From NCBI GenBank assembly GCA_965645245.1, contig OZ287076.1:2108001-2172000 (forward strand): a stretch of 64,000 nucleotides of DNA. Reading direction: 5' to 3'. Every line of letters starts with the position of its first letter. Within the stretch, counting starts at the first letter, position 1. The stretch comes from Massalongia carnosa (lineage: Eukaryota). Positions 1 through 11,563 of this stretch are shown here, piece by piece. A model generated the notes under the pieces. That model saw only the letters and a program-made list of their open reading frames with translations. It did not search any database and had not been told where the DNA came from. The position numbers and the translations under genes are program-made.

Positions 1-699
1 GTGCTCCCTGAAGCGGTCATTAATAATTTCTCCCGCTTCAATCTTTTACAGAATATCACTCGAACTCAACCCCCATGAAGACACAGCTGGCTTGCATGAG
101 GAATTGCATTGTCTTCAAGGATCAATGCTACCAATGCAAATACAAAAGCTAGGGTTTAACAAACAATCCCTGCTCTTTCTTTCCTAAATTCGATCTTTCA
201 AAGTAACGTAACCATCGTTCTCCCCTTCCGCGCCCTTTCTCACACTCCGATAACAGTTTTCGCTCTGAATCTCCATCTCAAGCCTTGCCTCCAGCCCACT
301 CGACTTCTTTGCCGCATTTCGATAGCACCAACTTAGGCCCTTCACCCCAGCCATTGCTGACAGCATCAACCGCATGGATGGGAAACCTACGATGCGCCAT
401 CTTTTTTTCGCCGTTTGCAGACCGAACACTTTCACCTCTCCAGAGTCCGGTAGCGTCAAATCGTCAGGGCGTTCGATATTGTAACGGTGTCCAAGAGCCT
501 CCTGTAGTTAAGCCTAATTTGGTCCATCTACGATGCTTTGTTGGTAGGAGTTGAACATTCAACATTTTTTTGAAGTGTTTATTAGTTATTTTTTCAAAAT
601 AATTTAATCAACTCAAATGCGATTTGTAATATTCTTAAAGATAGAAATTCTTGTAAAAACTCGCATGTTTAACATTTATGTGATTGCATAATTTTATAT

Positions 700-795
700 A
701 TAAAGGAGAGACTTTCACCTGACCCCCGCCAAGGCCTCTCCGAAAAATGTGACTCCCGAACCCGCTATCAGTATAGGTTTTAGAGCCCCGTAACG
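700..795 (+). repeat. Short dispersed repeat fragment related to ~44733-44830 (probably LTR-derived)
   Basis: Shared blocks AGACT-TCACCTGAC, CCGAAAA, ACTCCCGAACCCGCTA and TTTAGAG in the same order. Confidence 0.5.
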
Positions 796-949
796 AAACA
801 TCTAGAAGATGCTAGAAGCACGCCTCTTTCAATATAAATATCTAAGGTCCCCCAAACCTCTCTCTGCAATAGAGATTATAAAGAGAACATTAAGATATAT
901 TAACAGATGTATTATTGAATGATGTACTTAATAATCGCTTAGACTAGTT

Positions 950-3900
950 CTAACATAGGAGTTCGCCTTCAAAATTAAACTCGAGAAAGGTTAGATGACC
1001 GGATGCATGTCCCAAGCAGATAAAGTTCCCGTAAATAGCTGAACATATCGATCGATAGTCGGATGGAAGCCAAAGAAAACGTTGTTCTTTAAAAGCTATC
1101 CATTGATCTTCAACAAAGATAGAACATAGCTCTTTTTTCTGACGGAAAGGAGCACTATGGAGATATAAAGGAATGGAGATTTGCCCCCTATCCGTCTTTA
1201 ATTGTGAACCATCTGGAGAAAAGGATAGAGTGCTAATTATTTTTTCAGTCAAAAGCGTGCTGCGGCAAGACCCTGTACCTGCGTCCCAGAGCCGGATCGT
1301 GTTGTCCTCCGAGGCAGACGCTATCAGCTGGCCGTCCGGCGAGAAGGCTACAGCGTTGATCCAGCCCGAGTGACCCTCGAGCGTGCTGCGGCAAGACCCT
1401 GTACCTGCGTCCCAGAGCCGGATCGTGTTGTCGTCCGAGGCAGACGCTATCAGCTGGCCGTCCGGCGAGAAGGCTACAGCGCTGATCTCGTCCGAGTGAC
1501 CCTCGAGCGTGCTGCGGCAAGACCCTGTACCTGCGTCCCAGAGCCGGATCGTGTTGTCGTCCGAGGCAGACGCTATCAGCTGGCCGTCCGGCGAGAAGGC
1601 TACAGCGCTGATCTCGTCCGAGTGACCCTCGAGCGTGCTGCGGCAAGACCCTGTACCTGCGTCCCAGAGCCGGATCGTGTTGTCGCCCGAGGCAGACGCT
1701 ATCAGCTGGCCGTCCGGCGAGAAGGCTACAGCGTTGATCTCCGCCGAGTGACCCTCGAGCGTGCTGCGGCAAGACCCTGTACCTGCGTCCCAGAGCCGGA
1801 TCGTGTTGTCGCCCGAGGCAGACGCTATCAGCTGGCCGTCCGGCGAGAAGGCTACAGCGCTGACCCAGTCCGAGTGACCCTCGAGCGTGCTGCGGCAAGA
1901 CCCTGTACCTGCGTCCCAGAGCCGGATCGTGTTGTCGCCCGAGCCAGACGCTATCAGCTGGCCGTCCGGCGAGAAGGCTACAGCGCTGATCCATCTTGAG
2001 TGACCTTCGAGCGTGCTGCGGCAAGACCCTGTACCTGCGTCCCAGAGCCGGATCGTGTTGTCGTACGAGGCAGACGCTATCAGCTGGCCGTCCGGCGAGA
2101 AGGCTACAGCGCTGATCCATCTTGAGTGACCTTCGAGCGTGCTGCGGCAAGACCCTGTACCTGCGTCCCAGAGCCGGATCGTGTTGTCGTACGAGGCAGA
2201 CGCTATCAGCTGGCCGTCCGGCGAGAAGGCTACAGCGTTGATCTCCGCCGAGTGACCCTCGAGCGTGCTGCGGCAAGACCCTGTACCTGCGTCCCAGAGC
2301 CGGATCGTCTTGTCGCCCGAGGCAGACGCTATCAGCTGGCCGTCCGGCGAGAAGGCTACATCGCTGATCACGTCCGAGTGACCCTCGAGCGTGCTGCGGC
2401 AAGACCCTGTACCTGCGTCCCAGAGCCGGATCGTGTTGTCGCCCGAGGCAGACGCTATCAGCTGGCCGTCCGGCGAGAAGGCTACATCGCTGACCCAGCC
2501 CGAGTGACCCTCGAGCGTGCTGCGGCAAGACCCTGTACCTGCGTCCCAGAGCCGGATCGTGTTGTCGCCCGAGGCAGACGCTATCAGCTGGCCGTCCGGC
2601 GAGAAGGCTACATCGCTGATCACGTCCGAGTGACCCTCGAGCGTGCTGCGGCAAGACCCTGTACCTGCGTCCCAGAGCCGGATCGTGTTGTCGCCCGAGG
2701 CAGACGCTATCAGCTGGCCGTCCGGCGAGAAGGCTACAGCGTTGATCACGTCCGAGTGACCCTCGAGCGTGCTGCGGCAAGACCCTGTACCTGCGTCCCA
2801 GAGCCGGATGGTGTTGTCCTCCGAGGCAGATGCTATCAGCTGGCCGTCCGGCGAGAAGGCTACAGCATAGGTCCTGCCTGAGTGACCCTCGAGCGTCTGC
2901 AGTAAGGCATTCCAATCTTTTTGCACCTTTGGTAGTCTAGTAATCCATTTAGGAATATGATCGTCGAATGTTTTCCGTGTTATACTCATCTCTGGAGCGA
3001 AGATTAAGGCTGAAGAATATAGTTGTAGAGGTGCCTCTTCTAGTATTGATCTGTTCCGCAGGGCAAAGCGCTTTCCATCGTGAAGAAAAGCCGATATCGC
3101 GGCACTTTTATCGGCCTAGATTGACAAGTAAGAATAGGAACCAATACAAAGTGCCTAATAATAATTTACATCTGTAAGCGGTTGCAGGCTGTTAATTATA
3201 CGAATGCTATCGGATGTCTCTCCCATAAGACTCATAGCTTCTAGCCAGTAAAGGAAGTACTTTTGTAGAAATACATGAACTGGGTCTCCGTCACGGATAC
3301 AGCCTTCACTCTGCTTTAAGTGGTGCGCCCAATAGCGGCAGGCGTATCGGACTTCTAGTGACAAAGCATTGTCTATTATCTGATTATTGAGCTCGCTTCT
3401 TAGAGTTCCAGGCCTCGTTAAGTTGCACATGTTTTGCCTTAGACCCTTTGGACTGGACATTAGTTGAAGGCACTTGCTAGCTAACCTCTTATGCGTTTCC
3501 CCCTCGTCTACCCAGAACGGGCTCTTCCCACGCTTTTGAGTATCAAGGAGAAAGTCACGAAAAGATAAATGTAGAAGCCTTATGGGCATATCCTCGTCAA
3601 CAGGGATGCTGAGCACAGAGTGTAGTAAGTCTAGCCTGCAGCTAATATCCTCTTTAGGAATATTAACGAGGTGTGCAAGTGAGACAATCGAGAGGGGACT
3701 CTCCAGAACAACAATACTCCCGACTAATTCTCGGAATTCGCTAGTTCTCCTCTCTTTGTCTACCTCGTCTTTATCATCAAATAACTGATTTAGAATGGGA
3801 AGATACGTTCTATCCAGCTTGGAGACCTGATTTGTCGTTTGATACTGAAGAATGATCTCCAAGCGCTTTTTAGGATTGTCTCGTTTGTCTTCAATAAATC

Positions 3901-5273
3901 GACAGGCCGTGGCAGCGAAGATAAACAGGGGAATGGCCATCTCAACTAGGGCCTGGATTTGATTCTTGCTAGGCCAGCCTGGGGGCAATGAGCGCTGCTC
4001 GCCTATCACTCTGAGTTCATGCTCTAAGAAGAGCGTTATGTCATGTTCAATTGTCTCTTTTGGTATGTCGTGAAGAATTAGGTCCTGATACGTTCCGTCT
4101 AACATTTGCTTGAAGCCGAGACGAATGGGGAGCTCCGGTCTGCTCGTTACAAAAGCCCGTAACGAGATCGGCCTAAGACACTTAGTTCGTGCGAGAAGTT
4201 GAAGGATTACTTTTATATCTTCATCTCGCTCGCACTCGTCTAACGCGTCTATTACGATAACTAGTCCCAATGCATTTGGAGGAGCCTGCCTCAGTTCTGA
4301 GAGTGGCTGGAGGATCAACTTCTCGAACTGTTCTTTTAGAGCTTTATCGGAAATCCCTGGGTCAGCATCGATTGCTTTCGCTATGCCTGATTTTAACCCT
4401 GGTTCATGAGCCATCAGATCTTTGGCGATAGTGGTGAAGAATCTGCCTGCAGTTCCCCGGTCACCCTCCCCTTTCTTGAAGAAAAAGCTTGCGCCAAGCT
4501 GACCTTCATCGGCAAATAGCCGGGCAACAGTCCGTGCAATCGTAGACTTTCCAGTGCCAGCCATACCGTTTAACCAGAATATGGGTTTGCCATGCCCGTC
4601 CTTCGCCCATCCCTTAATTTGACGCTGCAGCTCCACTCTAGTATTTGTAAGGCATCTTGCACTGTGCTCCTCCATGTGCGAGTCGAATGACGCTCCATTA
4701 GCGACCGGCAGTTTGGCGAAGTCGATCTTCTGATGAAGGTTGTCGGTCTTCTTGTCAACAAGGTTCATCTTCTGATCAACGTCTAGCATGATGCCCCTAC
4801 ATAGCTTATCAGCCACCCTCGTCCGCAACAAGACTCAGGAGCTCAGGGACTCACGTTTGGTCCGTTTGGAGTGCTAGATTGTAGGTCTGCTCGTATCTTT
4901 CAAGACTAGCGACAAGCTTTTCCACGTTCTCGCTCGTAAAAGGCCATTGCAAAGATCGAACCCCAAACCTGCTCATGGCCTTGCGAGTCTTCCCGAACTT
5001 CAGCTGCGAATTCAGCTCTTCTAGCTGCTCAAAGCAGTCTTTGAGCGAGCCCGTTAACTTGTGGGTAGTCAAAAGCCGCGTTTTGTCCCGTCCATCCAAT
5101 AGCTTCTTGACTTCTTCGAGGACGTGTTTGATGTCGCTAACCTTCCTTTGAAGGCGTTCGATGTCCTTCTTCGCATTCTTGACGGCGGCTGAATACTGCA
5201 AACAGAGCGAGGTGATTTTAGCGGATATGTCGATGATAGCGATGACACTTGCTGCTCCCGAAAGGCCATCCAT
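950..5273 (-). CDS. Fungal NLR, HET-E/HNWD-like: N-terminal HeLo-like/SesA-type domain + NACHT + WD40 repeats; 3 exons (5273-4855, 4796-3170, 3115-950), 1403 aa
   Basis: Starts MDGLSGAASVIAII (typical fungal STAND N-terminus); Walker A GMAGTGKS, Walker B VIVIDALDECE, RLLHLSFRDFL; GT-AG introns 4854-4797 (GTGAGT..TAG) and 3169-3116 (GTAAAT..TAG) join three ORF-track ORFs in frame (4212 nt). Confidence 0.92.
1256..2897 (-). repeat. 13 tandem 126-bp (42-aa) WD40 repeats with very high internal identity
   Basis: Unit TLEGHSxxxxxVAFSPDGQLIASASxDxTIRLWDAGTGSCRS occurs 13 times; a degenerate 14th (STLSFSPDG) follows. Confidence 0.97.
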
Positions 5274-6562
5274 AATGCGAGGCTTAGCGGAGGTGCTGGG
5301 TTTGACGATAAACGTGCAGTAGCACACTCGTGCACACACTCAACTGCAAGAGAGTATCAACTCGACTGAGGCTGAGAAGGTAAGCCAGCGCGGCTGACAC
5401 CTGGAGTTGCTGGCAGCATTTCATTGGGGGGTTCGACTTTACATTCATTCGCTCGTTTCTTCTCGGCGCTGATCACGCGCAGACTTCGCCTAATAACAGT
5501 CCGGCGGTTGGCAAATTTTACATCATGTTTCAGGCTTAGCACCAGGGTTCGTTTCATCATCATTCTGTACCATCGCCGTCCGCTATTCGGTTCATTCCTG
5601 TATTGGTTTACAATACAGTTTCTAGATCTGCCAGATCGCTTCGGAGTAAAGGATATATCCTCTTACCAGGTCGAATTTATCGGTGAGCCCTTGACCCAGT
5701 GCGAACAGGCCGATCAAGTCCCTGCGGTTGGTTGACTTCACCGCTCGGATTCTACCTTTAGTCGCTTCGTGATAGGCCTCTGGGAAAGCATTCCATATGC
5801 TCTGGGCGATTGCGCAGTCGATCCAAGTGTGTTCAGTGATTTATGGTTCATCATTCAGAAGACATCGCTACTCTTCTTCGATTAGTCAAGTTAAAGCTTA
5901 ATTAGTTTGGACTACATTTGGTAGTCATTTAGTAGAAGTCGATAGAGCAAGTCATTGGCCTTGAATACTCTTTAGGCGCGCCCAATGGCCTTCCATAGCT
6001 CCAAAGCTCATGCTACTCGATTTAATACTTCCTGACACAACTTTCGCGATGCCGTCTTTCAGCGATAAGTCCCGAACCTTCTCCGTTATGACCTTATAAG
6101 CACACCGATAGGAGACCTGCTGCAGGCCTTTCCACTCTTTCACGCCAGCTCCTAGTTATTCTCTCGTTATTCGCTTCATACTTCGGTGCTGAAATTGTAT
6201 CTTGCCGGGCGCTCACGCTGAGACTACGTCGCCGGGAGCGATGTTCAAGAAATCGATTCAATCCGCCGGTAGCCCCTTCATTTAAGGTGAGCACCGTCTT
6301 TTCCCCCGGATCCTCTCTGTGCCGTTGTTGTCATAAGTCCTTAAAATTTTGGTGATGAGGTCGTAGTTATCACCTATTATTCTGATTTCTTCGTACTCTT
6401 CAGAGGCTAATCGCCCTCATATATCTGAGGATGAGACGCCAATGCCTCGACTTCTCAGACGGCGGGGCCTCTCTCAGACAGTCGCGAGAAGTACCAAAGA
6501 TTAATATCCAACATCTCTCTCGCCATTGTCAGCTCGACAAATGTTGAAAGGTCTATTAAGGT

Positions 6563-6737
6563 GAATTGATCACTTGAATGCATGATACGAATATTTAGAA
6601 GGAATAGTTCTTCTGTTTATCATCGGCAGAAATTTTACCTAAACTCCTAGGAATGCAAGCTAGCCTAATCGAGATAATCGCAGTCATCAACTGCCTGACC
6701 ACAATCTAGTTAGGCTAACATAGACTAACATCAACAG
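6563..6737 (+). repeat. ~180-bp dispersed repeat, second copy at 54890-55078
   Basis: GAATTGATCAC..TGCATGATACGAATATTTAGAAGG.ATAGTTC..CAAGCTAGCCTAAT..TAATCGCAGTC..GTTAGGCTAA..CTAACATCAACAG in both copies. Confidence 0.85.
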
Positions 6738-7321
6738 GTTCATGATTGAAGCTTCCGGGTTGTTCGCCTAGTTGCTGTCATCACAATGCTCAAATATGCG
6801 TCAGGCTAGGAGTATTCATAACGTTTTGCCCGGCGTGATTAAACTATTGCTTTCACGATATCAGCGTCATTTCCGCCCGCAAGTGCCGTGTTTGTGTATT
6901 TCTCATGAAAATGATAGTGAACTTCACTTACGAAAGATAAGAGCGTTTTTCCATCTTCATCATTCAAGGAATGACTGAGACTGCCTCAACAGAGTCTAAA
7001 TCTTGAGTTGTCAGCTCCCTCTCGGTCGTTTGATAGACGAAGATTGCTGATCAAATGGGCGTAGTTTTCTTCACATGTCAGTTTTTACTATAACTCTTCA
7101 ATGATATCCAAGTTCTTCTTTAATATCAATAGGTGAGACACAGCGTATCACGAAATGAACATTAAAATCGTTGCCGTCACTCATGTTCGCGCTCTTTGAG
7201 ACAATCGAGTCTTGATCCACCCGTTGACCTTTCCTCGCAGTTCTTCAATCATCAGTCCTCAAAACCCAGCTATTGACCCTGTGATGTTCACTCCTATCCC
7301 ATATGCTTAATTCCACTTTAG

Positions 7322-7494
7322 TGTGAGGGATAAAACGAGTTCAATTTCAATAGCCTAGTTCTACACCAAAATCTTCAGACGAAGTCTAAAAGCTTTACTC
7401 GGGCGGAGTTCTATATAACCCCTGAAAAGTCGGTTCCTCGGCACATTACCTAATCGATGCTAGTCTGATGTCAGGTGACCTCAGGACCCTGACA
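7322..7494 (-). repeat. 3' LTR of the Gypsy element
   Basis: Direct repeat of 13198-13370. Confidence 0.97.
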
Positions 7495-10400
7495 CTACCT
7501 CCTCTGAGACGGCGGCTCCGGACGTCGATGGTTGACTGTTATTCATGAATAGGACATCCTTTGGGGCGTTGGGTTTTCCTTTATTGTCTGTATGAAATTT
7601 TCTGATTTCTTCTTTGGCGCGAATGAAATCAGTCCATGGCTGCCAAGGTGGGTTTGCGTTCCAGTCATCCCATGAGCCGATATAGGTTGCTTTATACTGA
7701 GTGCCGTATTTCTTAGTTTCACGGCAGTCGACGATTTCGAGGACTTCATATTCTTCATGAGGACTGGATTCGGCGTCTTCTTGAATCAGTATCGGGGGAC
7801 CCGGTTCAATAAGTTGACCGGGGAATGGGTTCGTAGGAGCCAGATGAAGTTTCCATGGATGAAATATGGGTGTGAGCCCCACTCTTTTCAAGTGTTCGGG
7901 AATTTCCAATTCATAGGCCTTGTTATCTATGTTTCGGATGATTTTCCATGGCCCCGCGTTTTTGGAACTCAGGGAGCGACTCTGCTTGTCGACGGAGAAA
8001 TCTTTGGTGTTGACATATACCATGTCTCCTATCTTGTAGTCTGGATGTGGGGCCCGCGACTCATTGGCATATCTCATCTGATCTGCCTGTGCCCAGGTTA
8101 GGTGCTCGATAAGCCATTTGGTCATGGCTTCTTGTCGGGCGGTTATTTTGTCTGCCGACATCAGTTCCGCGCGTCCGGTGACATTTGAGTCAAAAGGCTG
8201 AGGCGGCTCCGAGCCACTACGAGGGTGATAACCGTGATCAGCGAAGAAGGGGGACATTCCGGTTGAAGCGTTCGTATGATTATTGACTGCAAATTCGGCA
8301 TCTGGTAAGTAGTCCACCCAGTCGTCTTGAGCATGTCTGACGTATGCTCTCAGGTAGTTCTTCATAACCTTATTCGCATTTTCGGTTTGACCATCTGTTT
8401 CTGGATGATGCGCGGAGGACGGTTTCGATTTGACTCCTAATCGCTGACAAATTCGCTTCCACAGATGGGCTGTCAATTGCGTCCCGCGATCGTGGACGAT
8501 GGAGTTTGGCAAGCCGTATGTTGAAAAGACCCGACGTTTGAGGACTTCTAGTACGTCCTTCGTGCCTATATCCACCATAGGTTCGTACAACCTACGTTTG
8601 GTCAATCTGTCCACGATAACCAAGATATTTTCGTACGTCCGGCCCCGTCTGTGACATTTGGGCAGTTTGACTACAAAGTCCAGAGATAAGTCTGTCCATT
8701 TTCTTTGAGGTATGGGTAGTGGGGCTAATAGTCCCTGTTTCTGATCGTTGTACGCCTTGGACCTTCGGCATGTAGAGCAGTTAGTAGCGTATCTTCGACA
8801 ATCATCCTTCATGGACATCCAGAAATAGTTCTCCAGCATTTTGGCATACATGCCTCGATACCCGGGGTGTCCTTGCATCGGGGGATTATGATGATCCGAT
8901 AAAAGACGCAGCTTCAGCTTGTCGAAATTCGGAATGAAGAGGCGTGTTTTGTAGTATAGTCTTTCGTGACGGACTTCCAAGTCACCCATCGCCAGTCTCA
9001 GCCCGTTGCTTAGAATTTTATCGGGCAATTTCTTCAGATTTTCCAACTTAGCCTTCATGACTTCCTGAATCATTGCGTCTTCTTGATATGCCTCCGCTAA
9101 AAGATTTTCTAATAATTCATCAGGCTTTTCTGCATCCGAATCATCATTCGAATTGATTGTGAACTCCTCTACCGTCAAGTCCTCTACTTCCTCATCCCTG
9201 ATTTGATCGGATGAGTCAGTAGTAATGTTGTCTTCAACCCGTTCTCGATTGGCCATGGATCTGGTTGTCACGTACAGCTTCAGGTCCTGTTTCACTTCAT
9301 CGTCCAGCTGATTTTCTTTTAGCAGCACCTGATATTGATATCTGGTGCGATCATCCTCCGCGTCCATCGGCAGATCTTGCTCTCTTCTGGTGAGGGCGTC
9401 CGGTTTGCCCCCTTGCTTGCCTGGTCTATACATAATGCGAAAATTATATTCCGCCAGCATCTCAGCCCAACGCACTTGACGGCGATTTAGTTGTTTCAAA
9501 GTCATGAAGGTCTCCAGATTCTTATGATCTGAGTAGACCTTTGTTGATTGCTCCACTCCCGCTAGCTCCGGTCTCCAGATGACGAAACTTTCTACGATGG
9601 CTAGGAGTTCTTTATCGTAGATCTCATAATTGCATTCGGCGGGGCTCATCTTCTTCGAGAAATAAGCCACGGGTTTCAGAACGCCTTCATGCATCTGAGA
9701 GAGTATCCCCGATACTACGAAGTCAGATGCGTCTGTCTCCACCCAGGTCTCTAGCCTTGGGTCGTAATGAGCAAGAATCGGCGCAGAGGTAAAAGAAATC
9801 TTCATGTCTTCGAAAGCTTGCTGACATTCAGTGGTCCACACGAAGTCTTGATACTTGGTGCGTCTCTTTCCGCCTTTCGTGACATATTGCTCTCCGCGGG
9901 TTAGCTCGGTCAGACACTTCACCTTTTCGGAGAATCGCTCAATGAAGCGACGATAGAAGTTAGCGAATCCAAGAAAGGACTGCACCTCTTTTACTGACGC
10001 GGGCGTCTTCCATTCTAGTATGGCCGTCACCTTTTCTGGGTCCATTCTAACGCCATTCACCCCTACGAACATTCCGAGGTACTTGACTTCGGAGACAGAG
10101 AATTCACACTTGTCTATGTCCAGTTGAAGTCCTCTTTCTTTCAGACGACGAAGTACCTTCAGTACCTGCTCGATGTGCTCCGTTTCTGTTTCACTGAACA
10201 CCAGTACGTCGTCCAGATAGGCGGTGACGAAATAATCTAAGTATTCTCGCAGGGAGTTATTGATATAGTTCTGAAATGTTGATGGAGCGTTGCATAGTCC
10301 GAAGGGCATCACAAGATATTCAAATTGACCGTATCGAGTATTGAACGCCGTGAGGCACTCTTGTCCCTCTTTAATCCTCATCCTATTGAATGCATGAATG

Positions 10401-11563
10401 ACGTCCAATTTAGTAAACCACTTTGCTTTGGCGAGTTTCGCCAATGTCTCGCTGATCAATGGAATGGGGTATCGACTTTTCTCCGTGATATTATTCAGAT
10501 CTCGATAATCTACGCAAAAGCGAAGACCCCCGCCTGGTTTCCTGACCAATAGTACCGGCGCGGCCGCCTTTGACGAGCTCGGACGAATAAACCCTTTTGC
10601 TAAGTGCTCATCTAGATATTTTCTTACCGCGGTCAATTCCTGTTCGGACATGGGCCGATAATTCTTGATGAACGGAGGCTCGATCCCGGGCATCAAATTG
10701 ATTTCGTGATCCTCTTTTCGATGAGGTGCCAACTCGTCTGCCTTAGCCCTCATGAAGACTTCAATCTCGCCATGATAGGCCTCGGGTACTCGTTTTTTCA
10801 ATTCTTCCAGAGTATATTCGACTTTGTCTTTCATGAACTTCTCATGATCGTCGCTGGTGACTGCGTTGATACTTGAAGCAGTCAGAAGCTTCTTCTCGTA
10901 CCTATCTAACTTCTTGTTGAGCTTTTCCCTCGGATAGAAACAGTAAGTCTGATGACCCGATCTTCGAAGAAGTTTCATAAATCGCTTCGGGGTGAGGGAC
11001 TGAATATCGAAATTTTCAAAGGCCTCGTTCTTTGCTGAGGCAGTCGTTTCCTTCTCCAAGATTGTGGATTCAAATTTTGAGACTGAATGAGATCGAGGTG
11101 CGCATCCCTTACTGACGCACCGATTGGAGAACGTCATGGTGCGTTCAACCCAATCAATGTGAGGGTTATGCTCCTGCAGCCATCCATCACCGATGATCAA
11201 GGTATGATTACCTATGTCGGCCAGATAGCAGAATAACTTTTCCTCATGATCTCCGATTCTGACGGGAACGATAACGGCCTTATCAATGATTTGATGGACT
11301 TTTCCATCCCCAAGTTCCAGTCTGACCCTGTCTCTTTTTTTTAGTCTAATGGTCTCTAGTTTTCTTTTGCGCGCAAAGGATTCATGAAGAAATTGAGCTT
11401 CACTTCCGTTATCGATCATCAACTGATTTTCATTAGAGGCTATACTACATCTAAATAAAAGATGCTTGCCCGGAACGAGATGATCGACAGAAAGAACAGA
11501 TGCTCTAACAACCCTTAATGAAACTTCTCGACATTCCTGATGGCGACTATCATCAGGAATCAT
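7481..11563 (-). CDS. pol: Gypsy Pol: protease, RT, RNase H, integrase, chromodomain (1360 aa)
   Basis: LRFCVDYR, MPFGLCNAP, YLDD, ETDASD, integrase H-H-C-C and GQTE, C-terminal EYEVLEIVD..W chromodomain; stop lies inside the 3' LTR. Confidence 0.95.
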   Translation of the reverse strand: MIPDDSRHQECREVSLRVVRASVLSVDHLVPGKHLLFRCSIASNENQLMIDNGSEAQFLHESFARKRKLETIRLKKRDRVRLELGDGKVHQIIDKAVIVPVRIGDHEEKLFCYLADIGNHTLIIGDGWLQEHNPHIDWVERTMTFSNRCVSKGCAPRSHSVSKFESTILEKETTASAKNEAFENFDIQSLTPKRFMKLLRRSGHQTYCFYPREKLNKKLDRYEKKLLTASSINAVTSDDHEKFMKDKVEYTLEELKKRVPEAYHGEIEVFMRAKADELAPHRKEDHEINLMPGIEPPFIKNYRPMSEQELTAVRKYLDEHLAKGFIRPSSSKAAAPVLLVRKPGGGLRFCVDYRDLNNITEKSRYPIPLISETLAKLAKAKWFTKLDVIHAFNRMRIKEGQECLTAFNTRYGQFEYLVMPFGLCNAPSTFQNYINNSLREYLDYFVTAYLDDVLVFSETETEHIEQVLKVLRRLKERGLQLDIDKCEFSVSEVKYLGMFVGVNGVRMDPEKVTAILEWKTPASVKEVQSFLGFANFYRRFIERFSEKVKCLTELTRGEQYVTKGGKRRTKYQDFVWTTECQQAFEDMKISFTSAPILAHYDPRLETWVETDASDFVVSGILSQMHEGVLKPVAYFSKKMSPAECNYEIYDKELLAIVESFVIWRPELAGVEQSTKVYSDHKNLETFMTLKQLNRRQVRWAEMLAEYNFRIMYRPGKQGGKPDALTRREQDLPMDAEDDRTRYQYQVLLKENQLDDEVKQDLKLYVTTRSMANRERVEDNITTDSSDQIRDEEVEDLTVEEFTINSNDDSDAEKPDELLENLLAEAYQEDAMIQEVMKAKLENLKKLPDKILSNGLRLAMGDLEVRHERLYYKTRLFIPNFDKLKLRLLSDHHNPPMQGHPGYRGMYAKMLENYFWMSMKDDCRRYATNCSTCRRSKAYNDQKQGLLAPLPIPQRKWTDLSLDFVVKLPKCHRRGRTYENILVIVDRLTKRRLYEPMVDIGTKDVLEVLKRRVFSTYGLPNSIVHDRGTQLTAHLWKRICQRLGVKSKPSSAHHPETDGQTENANKVMKNYLRAYVRHAQDDWVDYLPDAEFAVNNHTNASTGMSPFFADHGYHPRSGSEPPQPFDSNVTGRAELMSADKITARQEAMTKWLIEHLTWAQADQMRYANESRAPHPDYKIGDMVYVNTKDFSVDKQSRSLSSKNAGPWKIIRNIDNKAYELEIPEHLKRVGLTPIFHPWKLHLAPTNPFPGQLIEPGPPILIQEDAESSPHEEYEVLEIVDCRETKKYGTQYKATYIGSWDDWNANPPWQPWTDFIRAKEEIRKFHTDNKGKPNAPKDVLFMNNSQPSTSGAAVSEEVVSGS

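Noticed and set aside
480..563. LTR-end-like GGTAGGAGTTGAACATTCAACA resembling the Copia LTR terminus
   Set aside because: Too short, and no matching start or TSD to delimit an element.
1256..2897. CRISPR-like look of regular repeats (also 51179-51555)
   Set aside because: Contiguous tandem units without unique spacers, eukaryotic context, no cas genes.
1245..2915. Long alternative-frame and antisense ORFs (556, 209, 251 aa) over the WD array
   Set aside because: By-products of a stop-free 126-bp repeat; no independent gene signal.
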